A DNA stretch of 64,000 bases from Intoshia linei (GCA_001642005.1 LWCA01000043.1:1-64000); one strand, 5' to 3'; shown: positions 26,360-39,507, numbered from the stretch's first letter. Translations and numbers: made by a program. Notes: generated by a model from the sequence alone, not told the origin.

Positions 26360-27720
26360 TTAAAAAGACTCTTTATCGTCAAAATCGCAAACTTCAATAT
26401 TTGACAGAGAAAATTCTGTATTTGAACTTGATATACTTTTTGCAATATTACGAGATCTACGATATGACGTTTTCGGACGATTTGGTCTTTTCGGTGAATT
26501 ACGTTGGTTTGGTGATGTACTAGATTTTTTCGTTGTGAAGGATTTTTCAGGGTGTTTTCTTGGAATGTAAATTCCATTTGAATCGAGACTTCTTTTATCG
26601 ACTACGTTATTCCTAAATTATTAAATTCATTATAAAGTTATTTAATAGTACCAGTTGTAACGGGAGCCTATCGAATAAGCGTATAAACTTTCACCGTCAC
26701 TCATGATGTGGGCAGAATTTCTAAAATTTAAATTTTTCGAGAATCAAATGTTTTTTACTTTTTCAAGTTTTCATAGGTGTCTTTAATGTAATGGTTTCTG
26801 TTGATTATATTGGAGTAAACTGAAATTGGTTTAAATATTATTATGTTAGGGTTATTTATTTTATGTTTTAAAAAAAGAAATCCTTTTATTATAAATTAAA
26901 TTATATCAAAAATAACAAAATTAAAGGTACCCGTCTATTTTGTATGAAATATTAGTTTATTCCATTTATTTTTTGTTTTGATATTTTTATAAATAATAAT
27001 CAAATTTAAATGTAATATTACATGATTCACTACATAATCGTGTTTGTGCTGTTTTTGGTCTAATAAATGTTTTTTTGTTTTTTTCGTACCTCAGAAGGCT
27101 AGATTTTTATTTAATTGTAAATAAAATTAATTTAAAATCTATGATTATAAACGAGTCTGTATTTTTTTTAATTTGCTTAAGTCTTTACAAATTTTGGATG
27201 GAAATTTATAAAATAAAATTATTAATTAATTTGGTAATAGTCAAAAGGTTGGTTAAAAGTTAATTTTTATCATACATATTGTAAACATTTATCTTGAAAT
27301 AAATGCTAAATTTAGAGGAATTTGAATAAAATTATCATATATGATTACAAAAATTACGCCGATCTAGTGGGACGCCCTAATCGATCTTGTAAACTCATAC
27401 AATCTGTTTGCGTAGATTTTTTTAAATACTGGTAAACTTGATCATGACGTTTGTAATATGATCTTTGAGTATCGGGTCTATCAGCCTATAAAAATAAAAT
27501 TGTGATAAAAAAATGTTACGCTAATATTTGAGTCTTTCAAAATATACGCTACATCACTACTATCGAGACTAAACCATGAAGGAAATACTTTCAAACCTTC
27601 AGTTTTTGACTGACTATTCATTTGTAAACTGGCTAAATTTAAACTTAAACAAATGCCGAATTTTCCTTCACCACTTTTGATTCTATAATTGTCCAATTTG
27701 TTATGTTTATTGCGATCCAT
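26360..27720 (-). CDS. Hypothetical protein with a basic, Ser-rich C-terminus; multi-exon
   Basis: Exons: MDRNKHNKLDNYRIKSGEGKFG..., ADRPDTQRSYYKRHDQVYQ..., NSAHIMSDGESLYAYSIGSRYNW and NNVVDKRSLDSNG...DDKESF*. One junction is unresolved. Confidence 0.55.
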
Positions 27721-27948
27721 TGTAAGGAATATACTTTTGTTAATTTCAATTTATTTACTAAACAATGGCAATGCAAATGAGTTATTAAACTAAAAACGTG
27801 ACCCAGAAATAGAATTGTATCAGTACAAATATACTTTGAATGGAATTTGTGAGTTTAACCATACTGTAAGATTCGTGAAAATTGTTAAATATTTAATTTG
27901 TTATAAATCAATACACATGATATATTTAATAAATTTTCTGTACATTCC

Positions 27949-30900
27949 TTAATTTTTGTTAGAGAGAGATTGAACCATTTCATCAAGTAAAACCCGAATA
28001 TCGTAAACTCGGTGAATTTTTTCAGATAGTCTTAAACGTTCTCCGTCAAATAAATTACCCAAAGTATCTGGTACCTGTTCAATTTGAGTAAGATTATCTT
28101 CCACTAGCCTTTGTATTCTATTCAACTCTGCATTGACCAATTGTTGTTTGACTAATCTTGAGCCGGTGGTGACTAGAGAATCAATTTTATCAAAAATCTC
28201 AATTTCGTCACAACTAAGTTCAAATTTTGTTGAATTTTCACGCACAGTTTCATATTTGTTGATATCGTGTTGGTAAAAATAAAAACCTTTTCTACAATAA
28301 CTACAAAGATTCAAAGAACGCTCCCAAAACCATTTTTTATATGCAAGGTTCCAACATTTCTTAATGACGTCATCGTGGATAGAGTAACCTTCTAAATTAC
28401 ATTGTTTACGCAAAACTGACAGGCTTTCATTGTCTATATTGATTCCATTTCCAGGAAGAAATGTTTTTATTTCGTCAAAAATATAATTAATTTCAGAAGG
28501 TTTTCTTTTAAAAATTGCGGACCAAGGGTTGATTCCAATCAGTTTATCAATTTCCATATTGACGGTGCGTGAATTGTCTAGGATGAAGTCAGACATTAAA
28601 TATCCTGCTCGGTTCCATTCGTCCAAACTCATTTTACGTTGTTCGTTTATTACACTGTGTAAATGAAATTTAAGAATAGATAACGCTTTATTATCCCAAA
28701 CAAAATTCTGTACCGTTTCATCTATAATTTTCTTTTTAGTGTTATTAATTTCTCGGTGATATGGGTGTTCAGTTTTATTTTCATTAAATTTATTTAGTAG
28801 TGCATCTTCTAACACTGATTTTCCAACTGAAATACAGGTACTAGCTAACTCTTTTTCAATCCATGTTTTTAAGGCTATATTAATGTCGGTGCTAAATTTT
28901 CCATGGAAATTTTCGATACTGTCCAAATTCAAATCTTGTCTTATTCTATTTTTTGTTACGATTGGGAGGTAAATGTTATTTAATATTGGGGCAGAGATTT
29001 TTTCTTTTAGTTTATTTTTAATGCTGTTATCCCAAAATGCATCGCTTAAATCACTCAATTTTGCCAAATCGTCCAATATTTTGTTTCTGGTCTAAAATTA
29101 AAATTTAGATAATAATAACTTAATATAAAATCAATTGATATTTTAAATCAGGGTTGTAAAGAAATTATAGGTTGATGTGATGTTAATCAACATTTCAGTA
29201 ACGTCGAATCCAGCTACTGTCTAGTGGCGGATCTAGGATTTTTAGCCAGGAGGGAGAAATATATTATTAGGGATCAAACTCATATAATGTTTATTATTTG
29301 AATTTTTATTAATTACTCATGCTGTCCCTCTCTTCCTCTAAATCCTCGTTTCATGGACCTCAAACTTGATCATAACGGCCCTACTTATCTAATTTATAAA
29401 AATCAATTATCTTTTTTGGAAGAAACATGGAATACTTGTCACAAGATTATGAACACCATAAGTAAGTATCGCGATACTTTTAGTTCCAAATTGTCATCAA
29501 TAGCCAAACAATTCACTACCTTCATAACTGTTTTAGGTGACTTAGGTTACCCGATCTTAGAACACCACTATAATATCATTGAAAACACTCTTAATTTAGA
29601 CAGTGATAATTTATCCATTTCTGGATACAATAATGTACTACTTTAAAATCGTTACAAACATGGATAAAGCTTCTTCTGATTTTGAGAAATTGAAACAACC
29701 CGATTTATTAATACATTGCACCAAAGATTTCCAAGAAATCAGATCACATCTTCTTAACCTCTGCTTAAAATCACTTTCAATAAACCTTATCATATACACG
29801 AAATTTCCAGATGACATTTATGATATTGTGCATTCCTTATTTAAAAGTTCTAATAGCATAGAAAACTATCCTGAATGGGAGATTCCATTGCCGAACAAAT
29901 TCTGGACAACTTGTTTCCATTTTGAAATTTTGATTTATCTTAATCATATACTAACATTCATTGATTTATTTTTCTTAGTATTTACATTATATTTTATATT
30001 ATACTAATAAAGTGGTCAAATAATATCTATTTTCAAGAAGAAATAGACGAGTTAATAAGATTATTTCAATCAACATTGTAATTAATTGTAACTCAGTCTC
30101 TTGAAGATTTTTTTTTACTTTTGATTATTTTCTATATTTTTATATCTTATTTCTTAAGGATTTTACATATCCTTTATTATTTGCAATTTGTTACAAATAA
30201 TATTAGCTCAGCATGCATGTAATAGGAGTTATGCGCAGACTGGCGCAAAATTTTATTTCATCTATAATTTTCTTTTTCCTTTTTTCAAAAAATGACGGGC
30301 ATTACGCAGACGCTGATAGGATGGACGTAAGTATTATTCGGCGTAACACGTAGTTATGTTGAATTTATATACGTAAGAACCGTTATTTTTGCGTTGTTTC
30401 CTTTAAGAAGGATCATATTCGGTGTAATGCAATTAGCATGTTCTGTAGTATCAGGAATAATCGTAGATGGGTTGAGAGTGTTATACTCAGTCATAATAGC
30501 AACCATACAAATACAGTTTTTAGTATTTATACTATATCAAAGAGTATTTGTATGGCAAGACTGCACTCCAACTCACAAAATAATACCCACGCCTCGGTTT
30601 TGATAACCAACGTATTATCAAAACTAATAATACACAGAATTACGTAATCGGTTATGGAATAGACCCGCCGTACTTTTCTACGGAAATCAAAGCGCGCGAA
30701 CCAAAGATGATCGTAAGGTTTAACAGTAAAAAAGCTTTACGACAATTCTCAAGCTGTTTATGTCGAAAAATATTATTGCACAATTATATGAGAGTAATAC
30801 CTCTATTACGCTCGCAAGTAACGTTTGACCTAGACAGTTGTGAACAACAATATTTCGATTTGATCCCGAAGATACGTTTCGAAAATTTCTATCAATTGGA

Positions 30901-33900
30901 ACTACCAGAACGAACCTACAAAAATTAATGAATAAAAATTTCGTGTTGAATTTGGTGAAATTGCTGCCAAACTCGATGACACACTGTGACATTGATTTCA
31001 AGATAAAATATGCAAAAAATAGGACGGAGGCAATAAATGAATATAGATATCTTTGGAACGGGTATCAATACGTAATTAATTGGTACACTAACTTTATCGA
31101 CGTGTTCGATGCGATTCCAATTATCGCTTTATACATTGTACAATGTACATATAATTATTAATAAAATTATATATACAGGTTGGAGGCCATGGAATGATTG
31201 GAGTAACTGTGATGTTGAATGTGGTTTTGGAGACAAATATAAAGTGCGAAGTTGTGCATATGGGACTGATAAATGCATTGAAGTATACTTTAAATATCAG
31301 AGATGCTTTGTGGAATGTTTTCCACATATTAATTTTAAATTACAGTATTATATTGTTATATATCATTATATATATTATAATTAGTATGTTATGGATAATT
31401 TTCCATATTAAGCATATATCATGGCAAATCTGCAATAATATAATGTTAATTACACACTAGCTAAAGTTACACACTATGTAATTAACTTAACTAATGTAAC
31501 AACAATGATAAAGTTGTACATAGTGTCGAGTCTATTAATGAGAAATCTTTACAAAATGTTAAATTTTGTACCTCCACTACAAACAACGTTCAGAGTGAAA
31601 CAGTAAGGTTGTTATCGGGGAAAAAGAAAAACAAGGCTGCACACGCACTCAACAAAAATGGACCACAGGGACATAGAGAACAAGGTAACATAAAGATAAA
31701 TGACATAGTTAACAACATTGGAGCTTACAACAATTCTGCTCAGTGATCAAAAATAAATGATTATAAAACTGAAAACCTTTCAAAGACGCTTGAAATAATA
31801 AAACATTTAGGTGAACTTAAAACCATCGACATTTTACAATTCTTAACCTCTGACAGGCTCGAGCATTTGCATCAGCATGCTGGAGTTTATCAGTTGGATG
31901 AACATACACAAAAAATAAATACTAATGAAATTAGATTCAGATCTACCATCTATGCTGATAGAGCTAGTATTATTCAAAATATAATGGATACGAATGAGTT
32001 ATTTACGGACTATTCGTCTCATCTAGTGTATTCGACCATCTCTATCCAGGCACTTGCTGAGATGCGAACCGGAGACCTTAGCCACCAACTGAATATATGT
32101 AAACGCCTATCTCTCAACAGAAATAAAGTTACTGGGGATGTTAAAGTTTTCAACACTTTGAGAGCAAATAATAATTGCTGCTCATTTGTTGGAAATATGT
32201 CAGCTGTCTTCATACAACGATTAAACCAGTTTTTCGTTATGTTACAATACGACCGTTTCCTCAGATTTTGCACAATTCAAGAAAAGCACGTAAGCAATGG
32301 ATCAGTTTGAAGAAAAAATTAGTAATTTGAATATAACCATTGATGAATTAAAGGTGACGGGTGAGGTTAAAGTGGAGAATTATATAGTTATATAGTCTAA
32401 GGGATGACCCCTGAAATTTTCCAGAGAAGGTGTATTTATAATTTTCATCAATTTGATTTTCATATTTATTCTATTCTATCTATGGATATTGAAATTTTAA
32501 TTTGCAGAATCTAAAGTTTCTACAATTCGAGTTATGTAAAGATATTGAAATTTCGTACTATCCACGACGAACACGCCAATAATGGGAATTTAATTGCTCA
32601 TGTAGCAAGGACCGTGTATAGACTAGTGTTTGTGAATATTGATGACTATATGCTAACAATGGTAATACGTTAAAAGTAAATTTCGGAGAGGAAGAGAATA
32701 ACGAGTAATAATGAAAAATCATCATTTTTATAAAATTATAAGAACTTCAAACATCTATAAAATAATAAGTAAACGAGGTAGAATTAAATTTAAAGGTGCA
32801 AAGTAAACAACCAAACATGATGATCAACATCGTTGGTTTTTGCATATTCAATAAATTGTGTTAAAAATTATAGTAATATAAAGTTGATGTTAGATTTAAT
32901 CCATTGCGAAGTATTTAATTGGCCATTTATCTGTGATTTAAAAGTAGTGTGAATATTAGCGGGCATTCAAGCCGGTAATGTCAAATTACCATGTTTTATA
33001 AGTAAATTTAAAGGCGTTATTATTCGCGCGAAAACCCGCATTGGATGGATCCTACTAAAGAGCACTCATGTCCAAAAGTGCTAATGTGGTGCGAATTTTG
33101 GAGGAGTCATGTTTTGGACCCATTCTTTTTCAACAATACAGTGACCGGCGAGGTGTACTTGAAAATGCTACAAAATGATCTCATGCCACAGATGGAGCGC
33201 ATCGGTGAAAGAAAACCCCTTTGGTTTATGCCTCCACCTGTTAAAAATCAAATAAACGATTAACGAATTAAAATAAAAAGAATTTATTAAAAAATTATAA
33301 ATAGATTAAATTTCAATTTATAATTTATTTACTATTAATCTAATGGCTGCAAGTAAGACCATAGATTTTAACAAACTCACACATAGTGAGAATAGAGCTT
33401 TACATAAAGCAATGAATTATCTAATTGACTCTACAATTTCCAATGTAGAGAAGATTAGTACAATAACGGAATACAAAAATGAAGTTAATACAAACTTTTT
33501 CTTTACGGAGAAAGAATACAAAAATATTAAAATTGAAAACATAAGCGGATTGCTACCCTAGAATTAAGAATATACCAAATCAAATAATTCAAATCTATTT
33601 AGTTTTCTTTCACTGCTACCATATGTATTTTTCCATTGTATATTTAAATTGTAAGATAAAGCACGAAAAACTTCCGCTTGTTCTTCAACAGAATCCTCCA
33701 CAATTTTCCAAAATCGGCTACTAACAGCCTTGCTTAAATTTGGAGTACCAGTTCTAGTATACAAATCTGCCATATTGATAGGAACGTCTATAAATTAGAT
33801 ATATACCAAAGTTCAAGCCATTTGGGATCGAGAACAAAAATGTTTCACAAATTATGTGCCAAATCATTTTAGATTATATGAATAATGGTTGTTGACTATA

Positions 33901-35728
33901 CAATAATTTTTTTCAGTTTCGAACAAAAATTAATCACTTACCATTGGTGATATTGTGAACTAGTCAGATATATACGAATAAAACTTACTAGATTCTTTCG
34001 TTTTTTTAAATTTGGGATCGTTTTTATCTGAGTTCATTAGTGAGCATTTCCGGAAAAATGATTCTTCATACTGTTGTATTTCAGAAATGGTATCCTGTTG
34101 GTTTCCTCGACCAGTTACTACTGCATAATAACCTAATGCTTTGAGAGGAACTAAATAAATAATAAATTTTACATTTTAACAGTTAAAAAAACAATCAAAT
34201 GCAACATAATAGGATTCGAATAAGTAAGTTTACTGTGATAAATATTGTTATATAAATTGTAGACCCATAAAATAAAATTAAAACGAGTTTTTTAATTTAA
34301 ATCAAAAAAGGTGTCGTTAAAACTATAAATTTTTAAAAATGGCGCAATCCATGACATTTTTTAATTTTCAACATAATAAACAAAAATAACGCACACTAAA
34401 ATATTATAATTATATATTATAGTAATTAATAAAAAAATGGCGCAAATTAGAAATAATATAGACCAGGTAAATAACCAAAATAAATTGACATGGCTTTGTA
34501 TAAAATATAAAAAATTACGCAAAGTCCCGTTGAGAATACGAAAAATTCTTGTTCGATCAATCATTTGCCTCTCAGCTTCATCAACTTTGGTCAATACGCA
34601 TATGGTTCTTTTACCTTGTGGGTCAGCTTGCATAACATGATCTGTAGCATTAGTGCGTTCAGCATCTATTGAACCATCCTGAACATACAAAATGATTGCA
34701 TTTGGATTAGAAAGGTATTTACGATAAATGGATTTAATCTGTTGAGGCGTATCTTTTGCAATATCCTGAGTGACAGTACTAATAACCCCTGGTAAGTCGA
34801 CCAGTACCATTCTGTGCAACTCTGGACCACTCACACTGAGAGATACGGGATGTTGGCTAACAGTTTCGTTTTTTCCAATCAAATTGGTCATTTTAAGTTT
34901 AATGGTATTTCGGAGATCCTTGGTATCATTTTCGTTGGTTAAATCATATTCCCTGTCATCATCTGGAAATCGAGCAATATGGTATGGTCCTTCACTCAAT
35001 GTCACTTGTACCGGGCATCTCGTCATCATTTCACCTCCCCCCCTAGGAAAAATTCTGGCTTGAGCCAACATTTCCAAGACACTAGTTTTACCTGAACTTT
35101 GATCTCCGGCTACGACGACCCTGGGCATACGGTCTAATAACAATGTCATTGAGTTTTTATCGTTTGAATCATGGGTAGCATAAGATTTTGCATAATCATT
35201 TAATTCATCGAGTAATTCAGAGTACAAATCAATTAAAGGTTTCTTAAAACGTGTTTTAGTATTTTTTCTGTCTTTGTATCTCATTTTAGTGCGAAGTAAT
35301 TCTTGTCGAGTTAAACTGTATTCATCCTTTAATTTCTCCGTTTCTTCTTTATATTTAAAATTTATTGTGGATATTTCAACCTTTAATCTTTTAATTTCAT
35401 CGACAAGGTTATTTATATTTACACTTAATTTTTGGTCCGCGTCATTGTTGGAATAATCTTCCTGGTCTAATTCGGTAAAGTAAGATTTAATTGGAATTAA
35501 TTTGTGTGACGTATAATCTTTAAAGTGTTTATATCGGTCCTGAGAACTATTATAAATGGACGAAATGTATTTTGAAGGTTTCTCAAGCCATGTAACGCCA
35601 TCAATCTGGTTGTTGTACCATGCTTGTATATTTTCAAGCTTTTGTTTGATAACATAACCTGAACCAACTGCTGTTGCTGCAACGAGATTTCTGGTTCTCA
35701 ATAATGCCCTTATAATTACACTTGCCAT
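27949..35728 (-). CDS. OPA1: Dynamin-like 120 kDa mitochondrial GTPase OPA1
   Basis: GTPase motifs [51 protein letters not shown] and TKVD, plus [16 protein letters not shown] and CRKGFYFYQ. Exons ~35728-34519, 34150-33989, 33959-33942 (microexon), ~33787-33576 and 29091-27949. Confidence 0.97.
29353..30007 (+). pseudogene. Intronless orphan ORF (~215 aa) broken by one frameshift, antisense in the OPA1 intron
   Basis: ORFs 29353-29646 and 29603-30007 overlap in different frames and have coding-like composition. No family recognised. Confidence 0.45.
30928..31384 (+). CDS. Nested gene or gene fragment with a thrombospondin type-1 (TSP1) repeat
   Basis: The exon at 31179 encodes [33 protein letters not shown] 34-nt GT-AG intron (31145-31178) would join it in frame to ORF 30928. 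Confidence 0.65.
31496..32310 (+). pseudogene. ~270-codon intronless reading frame with one internal TGA (31744), antisense in the OPA1 intron
   Basis: The frame of ORF 31867-32310 stays open upstream to ~31496 apart from a single TGA. No family recognised. Confidence 0.45.
33013..33232 (+). mobile_element. Tc1/mariner transposase fragment
   Basis: [10 protein letters not shown]...[41 protein letters not shown]...WF, truncated just before the expected QDGAPxH motif. Confidence 0.85.
33343..33561 (+). CDS. 72-aa orphan ORF at the edge of the OPA1 intron (antisense)
   Basis: Clean ATG-to-TAG ORF ([29 protein letters not shown]...) after an AT-rich leader. No homology recognised. Confidence 0.3.
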   Translation: MAASKTIDFNKLTHSENRALHKAMNYLIDSTISNVEKISTITEYKNEVNTNFFFTEKEYKNIKIENISGLLP

Positions 35729-35878
35729 AATTTAAATTTTTAACATTGTAATTTCATTTACACAATAAACTATTTATATCAATTTAAAGTTTATTTATCA
35801 CAATGGTAATTTTACCGCGCAAATTCCATTATGTTTTACCTTTGAGTATTTTTTCAATCTAAGCTGACATTTTTAATT

Positions 35879-38800
35879 ATGATTGATTATGAACGTATAA
35901 AGGTAATATTTTCTTGGTTTTTGAGTAACATAATTTTAGGTTGCTATTAAAGATTGTTTAACTTATAATAATTTGGACGATGCCATTTTTCTATCGGAAA
36001 GATTACACGCTCAAAGTATTTTTTATTATTTAAAAAAGGAACCTATAAAAATGATTCAAACTTTTAATTTAATGACTAATAATTATTCTGGTATAGATTA
36101 AACCAGCTTTTCCAAACAGGGAGTATCGGGATATTTTATTTTTTTAAATTGAAAAATAAAGTTTCTAAATTTTTTCAAATAAGCTAGATTATACTTTTAT
36201 GTTCATGAATTTTCTTAAAATTTTTAATTTAAAATTTAATTTACCTACTTTTTTGGGTGTAGTAAATGGGACGATAAACTTTTTTTGCCTTGAACTAAAA
36301 ATTTTTTAATAAAAATGATAAAAATATATAAATATGTTAACAAAATAAGATGGGTATATAGATGAAGTCCTATGAGAATGATTTTATTTGATATTTACAC
36401 TAAAATTTTTTATTTTTTAATTTAGTTAAAAACCCTGAAACCATATACCTTTTAGCGAAAAGTTTGTACAGATCGAGAAGTACACTACGCACTTATAATT
36501 TTTTGTGTAAATTCAGGAACAACCAATTATGCACTAAATCTAGAATAATGTGTATTCAAGTTTGTTTTGATTTAAAAAAGTAATGCCATTTTGTAAAATT
36601 TTATATATATTTTTTGTCTTAGATACAGAGAAGCTCAATTTTTTGCATTCAATACAATGGAATGTGATAGTATCAGTTTGGATGATTTATATGCCATATA
36701 TGGAAAAGAAGTGTCATTTGTAGCTCGACTTTTAGGGAAAATATACGCGTTTGTTAATCATTTTTTTAAAATTTTAAGAGGCCCAAAGTTTTTTTACCAT
36801 GGTGACCTTTATAATTTCTTATTAAATCTCTTCAATTGCAAATTTTTGTATATTTACAACTTTTTAAATTTCACATGATTTAGTAAAATCTTATGAGAAA
36901 AAATTTAATTTTACCAACCCTTAAGGAAAAAATCCCTCTATCAGATAAATAGAGTCTATCTGATCCCAAAAGAAAAAACTTAATTTTACAACCCTAGAAA
37001 AATATTATTAAAAAGTGATCATTTACAAAAAACACTTTACAAATTGACGTATACTCAGAAAAAACAAAAAAAACTTTAAAAACCCCATGCAGGTTGATTA
37101 ATAAAAAATCCATGCTTGTTTAGAATAGTAGCTTTTAATCTAATAATTTAATTTTTATCTTTTATTTAGAATATTTGGAGATTTAAAATCATCAATTATG
37201 TATCACGCTTTTTCATTATCCATGAATCAATACAATTTTTCAAGTTTTGATAATTTATTACAACACGGTATTTTGTTAAAATTAAAATAAATAGTAAATA
37301 TTGTTTACATTTTTTTTAGGTATTGAACCAGGCTTGGAGATATTTGACGATCAGACCATTTTAAACGAGGATTTGTTAATTTATTCAAAATATATGGTTA
37401 CTAAAATTCTTTCCCAATTTGATGCAAATTCATTAATTTCCATAGATGAAAGTTTACCAGTAATTTTTTATATTTTTAAACTCATGATATTCTTAGGTTG
37501 TAAATATAATAAAAAGAAATCAAAATAAAAATCCTTTATCTATATCTCAATCTGATAATGTCGAGTTTTGTTTACTGAGGTGAATTTTTATATTAAAATT
37601 TAGAATAGAAAAAGATTTAATATATTCCTTTAATACAGCCATGTCTGAAAAAAACCAAAATGCTTATACAAAGTGTTTTTCTTTTAATTGATAATTATTT
37701 TCCAATATAGGTCCCCTCAAGATTATGTTAAATCTGTTAAAACCATACCGAAAAAATTAAAAAAAAATGAATTTGAATTTTTACCTAATAGTACAAGTAT
37801 GTAGTATTCTCATTTTACATGATTTTTATTTAGTGTCGTTTCTAAGTATAATGAAGTGTATAGCTGATGCTTTTTATGAATTTTATAGATATGATACTGA
37901 AAAATTTATCAAAAAAATTCAAAGATTAAACCCTAACCAATTTAATACTCCATGGATCCAGGGCATAATCGGAACGTGTTATTATCATTCATCAGAATAT
38001 GATAAGGTTAATTTATTCAATTTTTACTTATTAAATTTTAGTCAGTTGAAGCATTCAAGTATACTAGAGAATTGGAAGAATCTTATGTGTTATTTATGGA
38101 TTATTATAGTCAGACTTTATGGCATGTTAAAGATTTAGCTAAACTGTCCTTATTATCTTCTTATTATTTGGCTAATTATAGACGAGCTTCAGAGGTAAAA
38201 CTTTTACTTTTTTAGATTAAAAAAAATTAAATCTATAATATTAACAGACGTGGTGCATAATGGGTAATTTCATCAGTGTTTCAAAATCTGGTACAGAATC
38301 ATTTAAATATTTTAAAAGAGCTATTGAGGTAATTTGTGGTTTATACATTTATTTAAATTTTAATAATTTTAGATAAATCCTGAATATTTTTTATCTTATG
38401 CTATATTGGGCTGTGAATATCTTAATAATAACAAGGATGAGATTGCCATCACCAATTTTTACGATTCCATTAGATGTAATCCTCGTCATTTTATTAGCTG
38501 GTAAGTTTTGAGGAATATTTTTGTACATTTATTTAGGTACGGTTTATCGCATTTGTTTTACAGAAATGGCAATATATCTAGATCAAAATTTTATCTAGAT
38601 ATTGCTCTTTCAATTAACCCAAACAATATTGTTTTACAATGTCAATACGGACTGGTTTTTTTAACAAGAAATAAATAATTTATTTTTAGCTCTTAAGTGA
38701 TATGGGACATCTCTATGAATCATTGGATCATATGGATTTATATATATCCAAGTACCCTAAACACCCTCTATGCCGTTTCCACAAAGCAATGATTTTGTTT

Positions 38801-39296
38801 AACAAATCAAAGTTTAAAGTATTTTTATTTAATATTTGTTTCCTCAAACTCAATTAGGAATCTATGGTGGAATTGCTTATTTTGCAAGATATGATTCCAG
38901 AGGAAGCCATGATTTATTTTATGATGGGAAGGGTAATTTTACAATTAATTATGCATGTGTAATTTCTTTAAGATTTATAAACGACAAGGGAAACATCATT
39001 TAGCAAGATTGAATTTTTCTCGAGCATTGGAAGAGCATTGTTCAAATGATGATAACTTAAAACGAAATGTTAACCCTTTTTTTAAATCTGTCGCTACATT
39101 TTCTTCTAACATGGAAGTTGAGCTGCGTAATTACTAATTACATTATATTTTTTATGCATTAAAAATATATTGTTGAAATTTAGTTGATACAACTGATACC
39201 AATTTTTCTGAAGATATCATTACGTCTTTTACAGAAATTGAAAGTGAACTATCAAGTATTTTTGAAACTTCTGTCGATGATGATGATATTTTGTGA
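35879..39296 (+). CDS. CDC27: Anaphase-promoting complex subunit CDC27/APC3 (TPR protein); multi-exon
   Basis: MIDYERIK|VAIKDCLTYNNLDDAIFLSERLHAQ; TIYLLAKSLYRS; QFNTPW; MDYYSQTLWHVK; ETWCIMGNFIS; AILGCEY; CNPRHFISWYGL; PKHPLCRFHKA; PEEAMIYFMMGR; acidic tail ending DDDDIL*. Confidence 0.95.
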
Positions 39297-39507
39297 ATTG
39301 ACTCAAATTTAATAAAATATATTTTATTATGTAATTATTAACTGATTGAATTTGAAACCAAATATTTTTTATTTTTGGTAATGGTTTGTTCCTTTAATCT
39401 CATATAGTAGTTTGTGTCTCATGTGCAATTAAAATTTTATTTTTTTAATAGTTAATATTTTTATGGGATTATGCATTTGTTAGTAATTTATATTTCAACT
39501 TTCTTTT

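Noticed and set aside
34437-35682. Short ORFs overlapping OPA1 exon 1, and similar ORFs inside the 785-aa exon (55232-57122)
   Set aside because: These are antisense or alternate-frame shadows of real coding exons.
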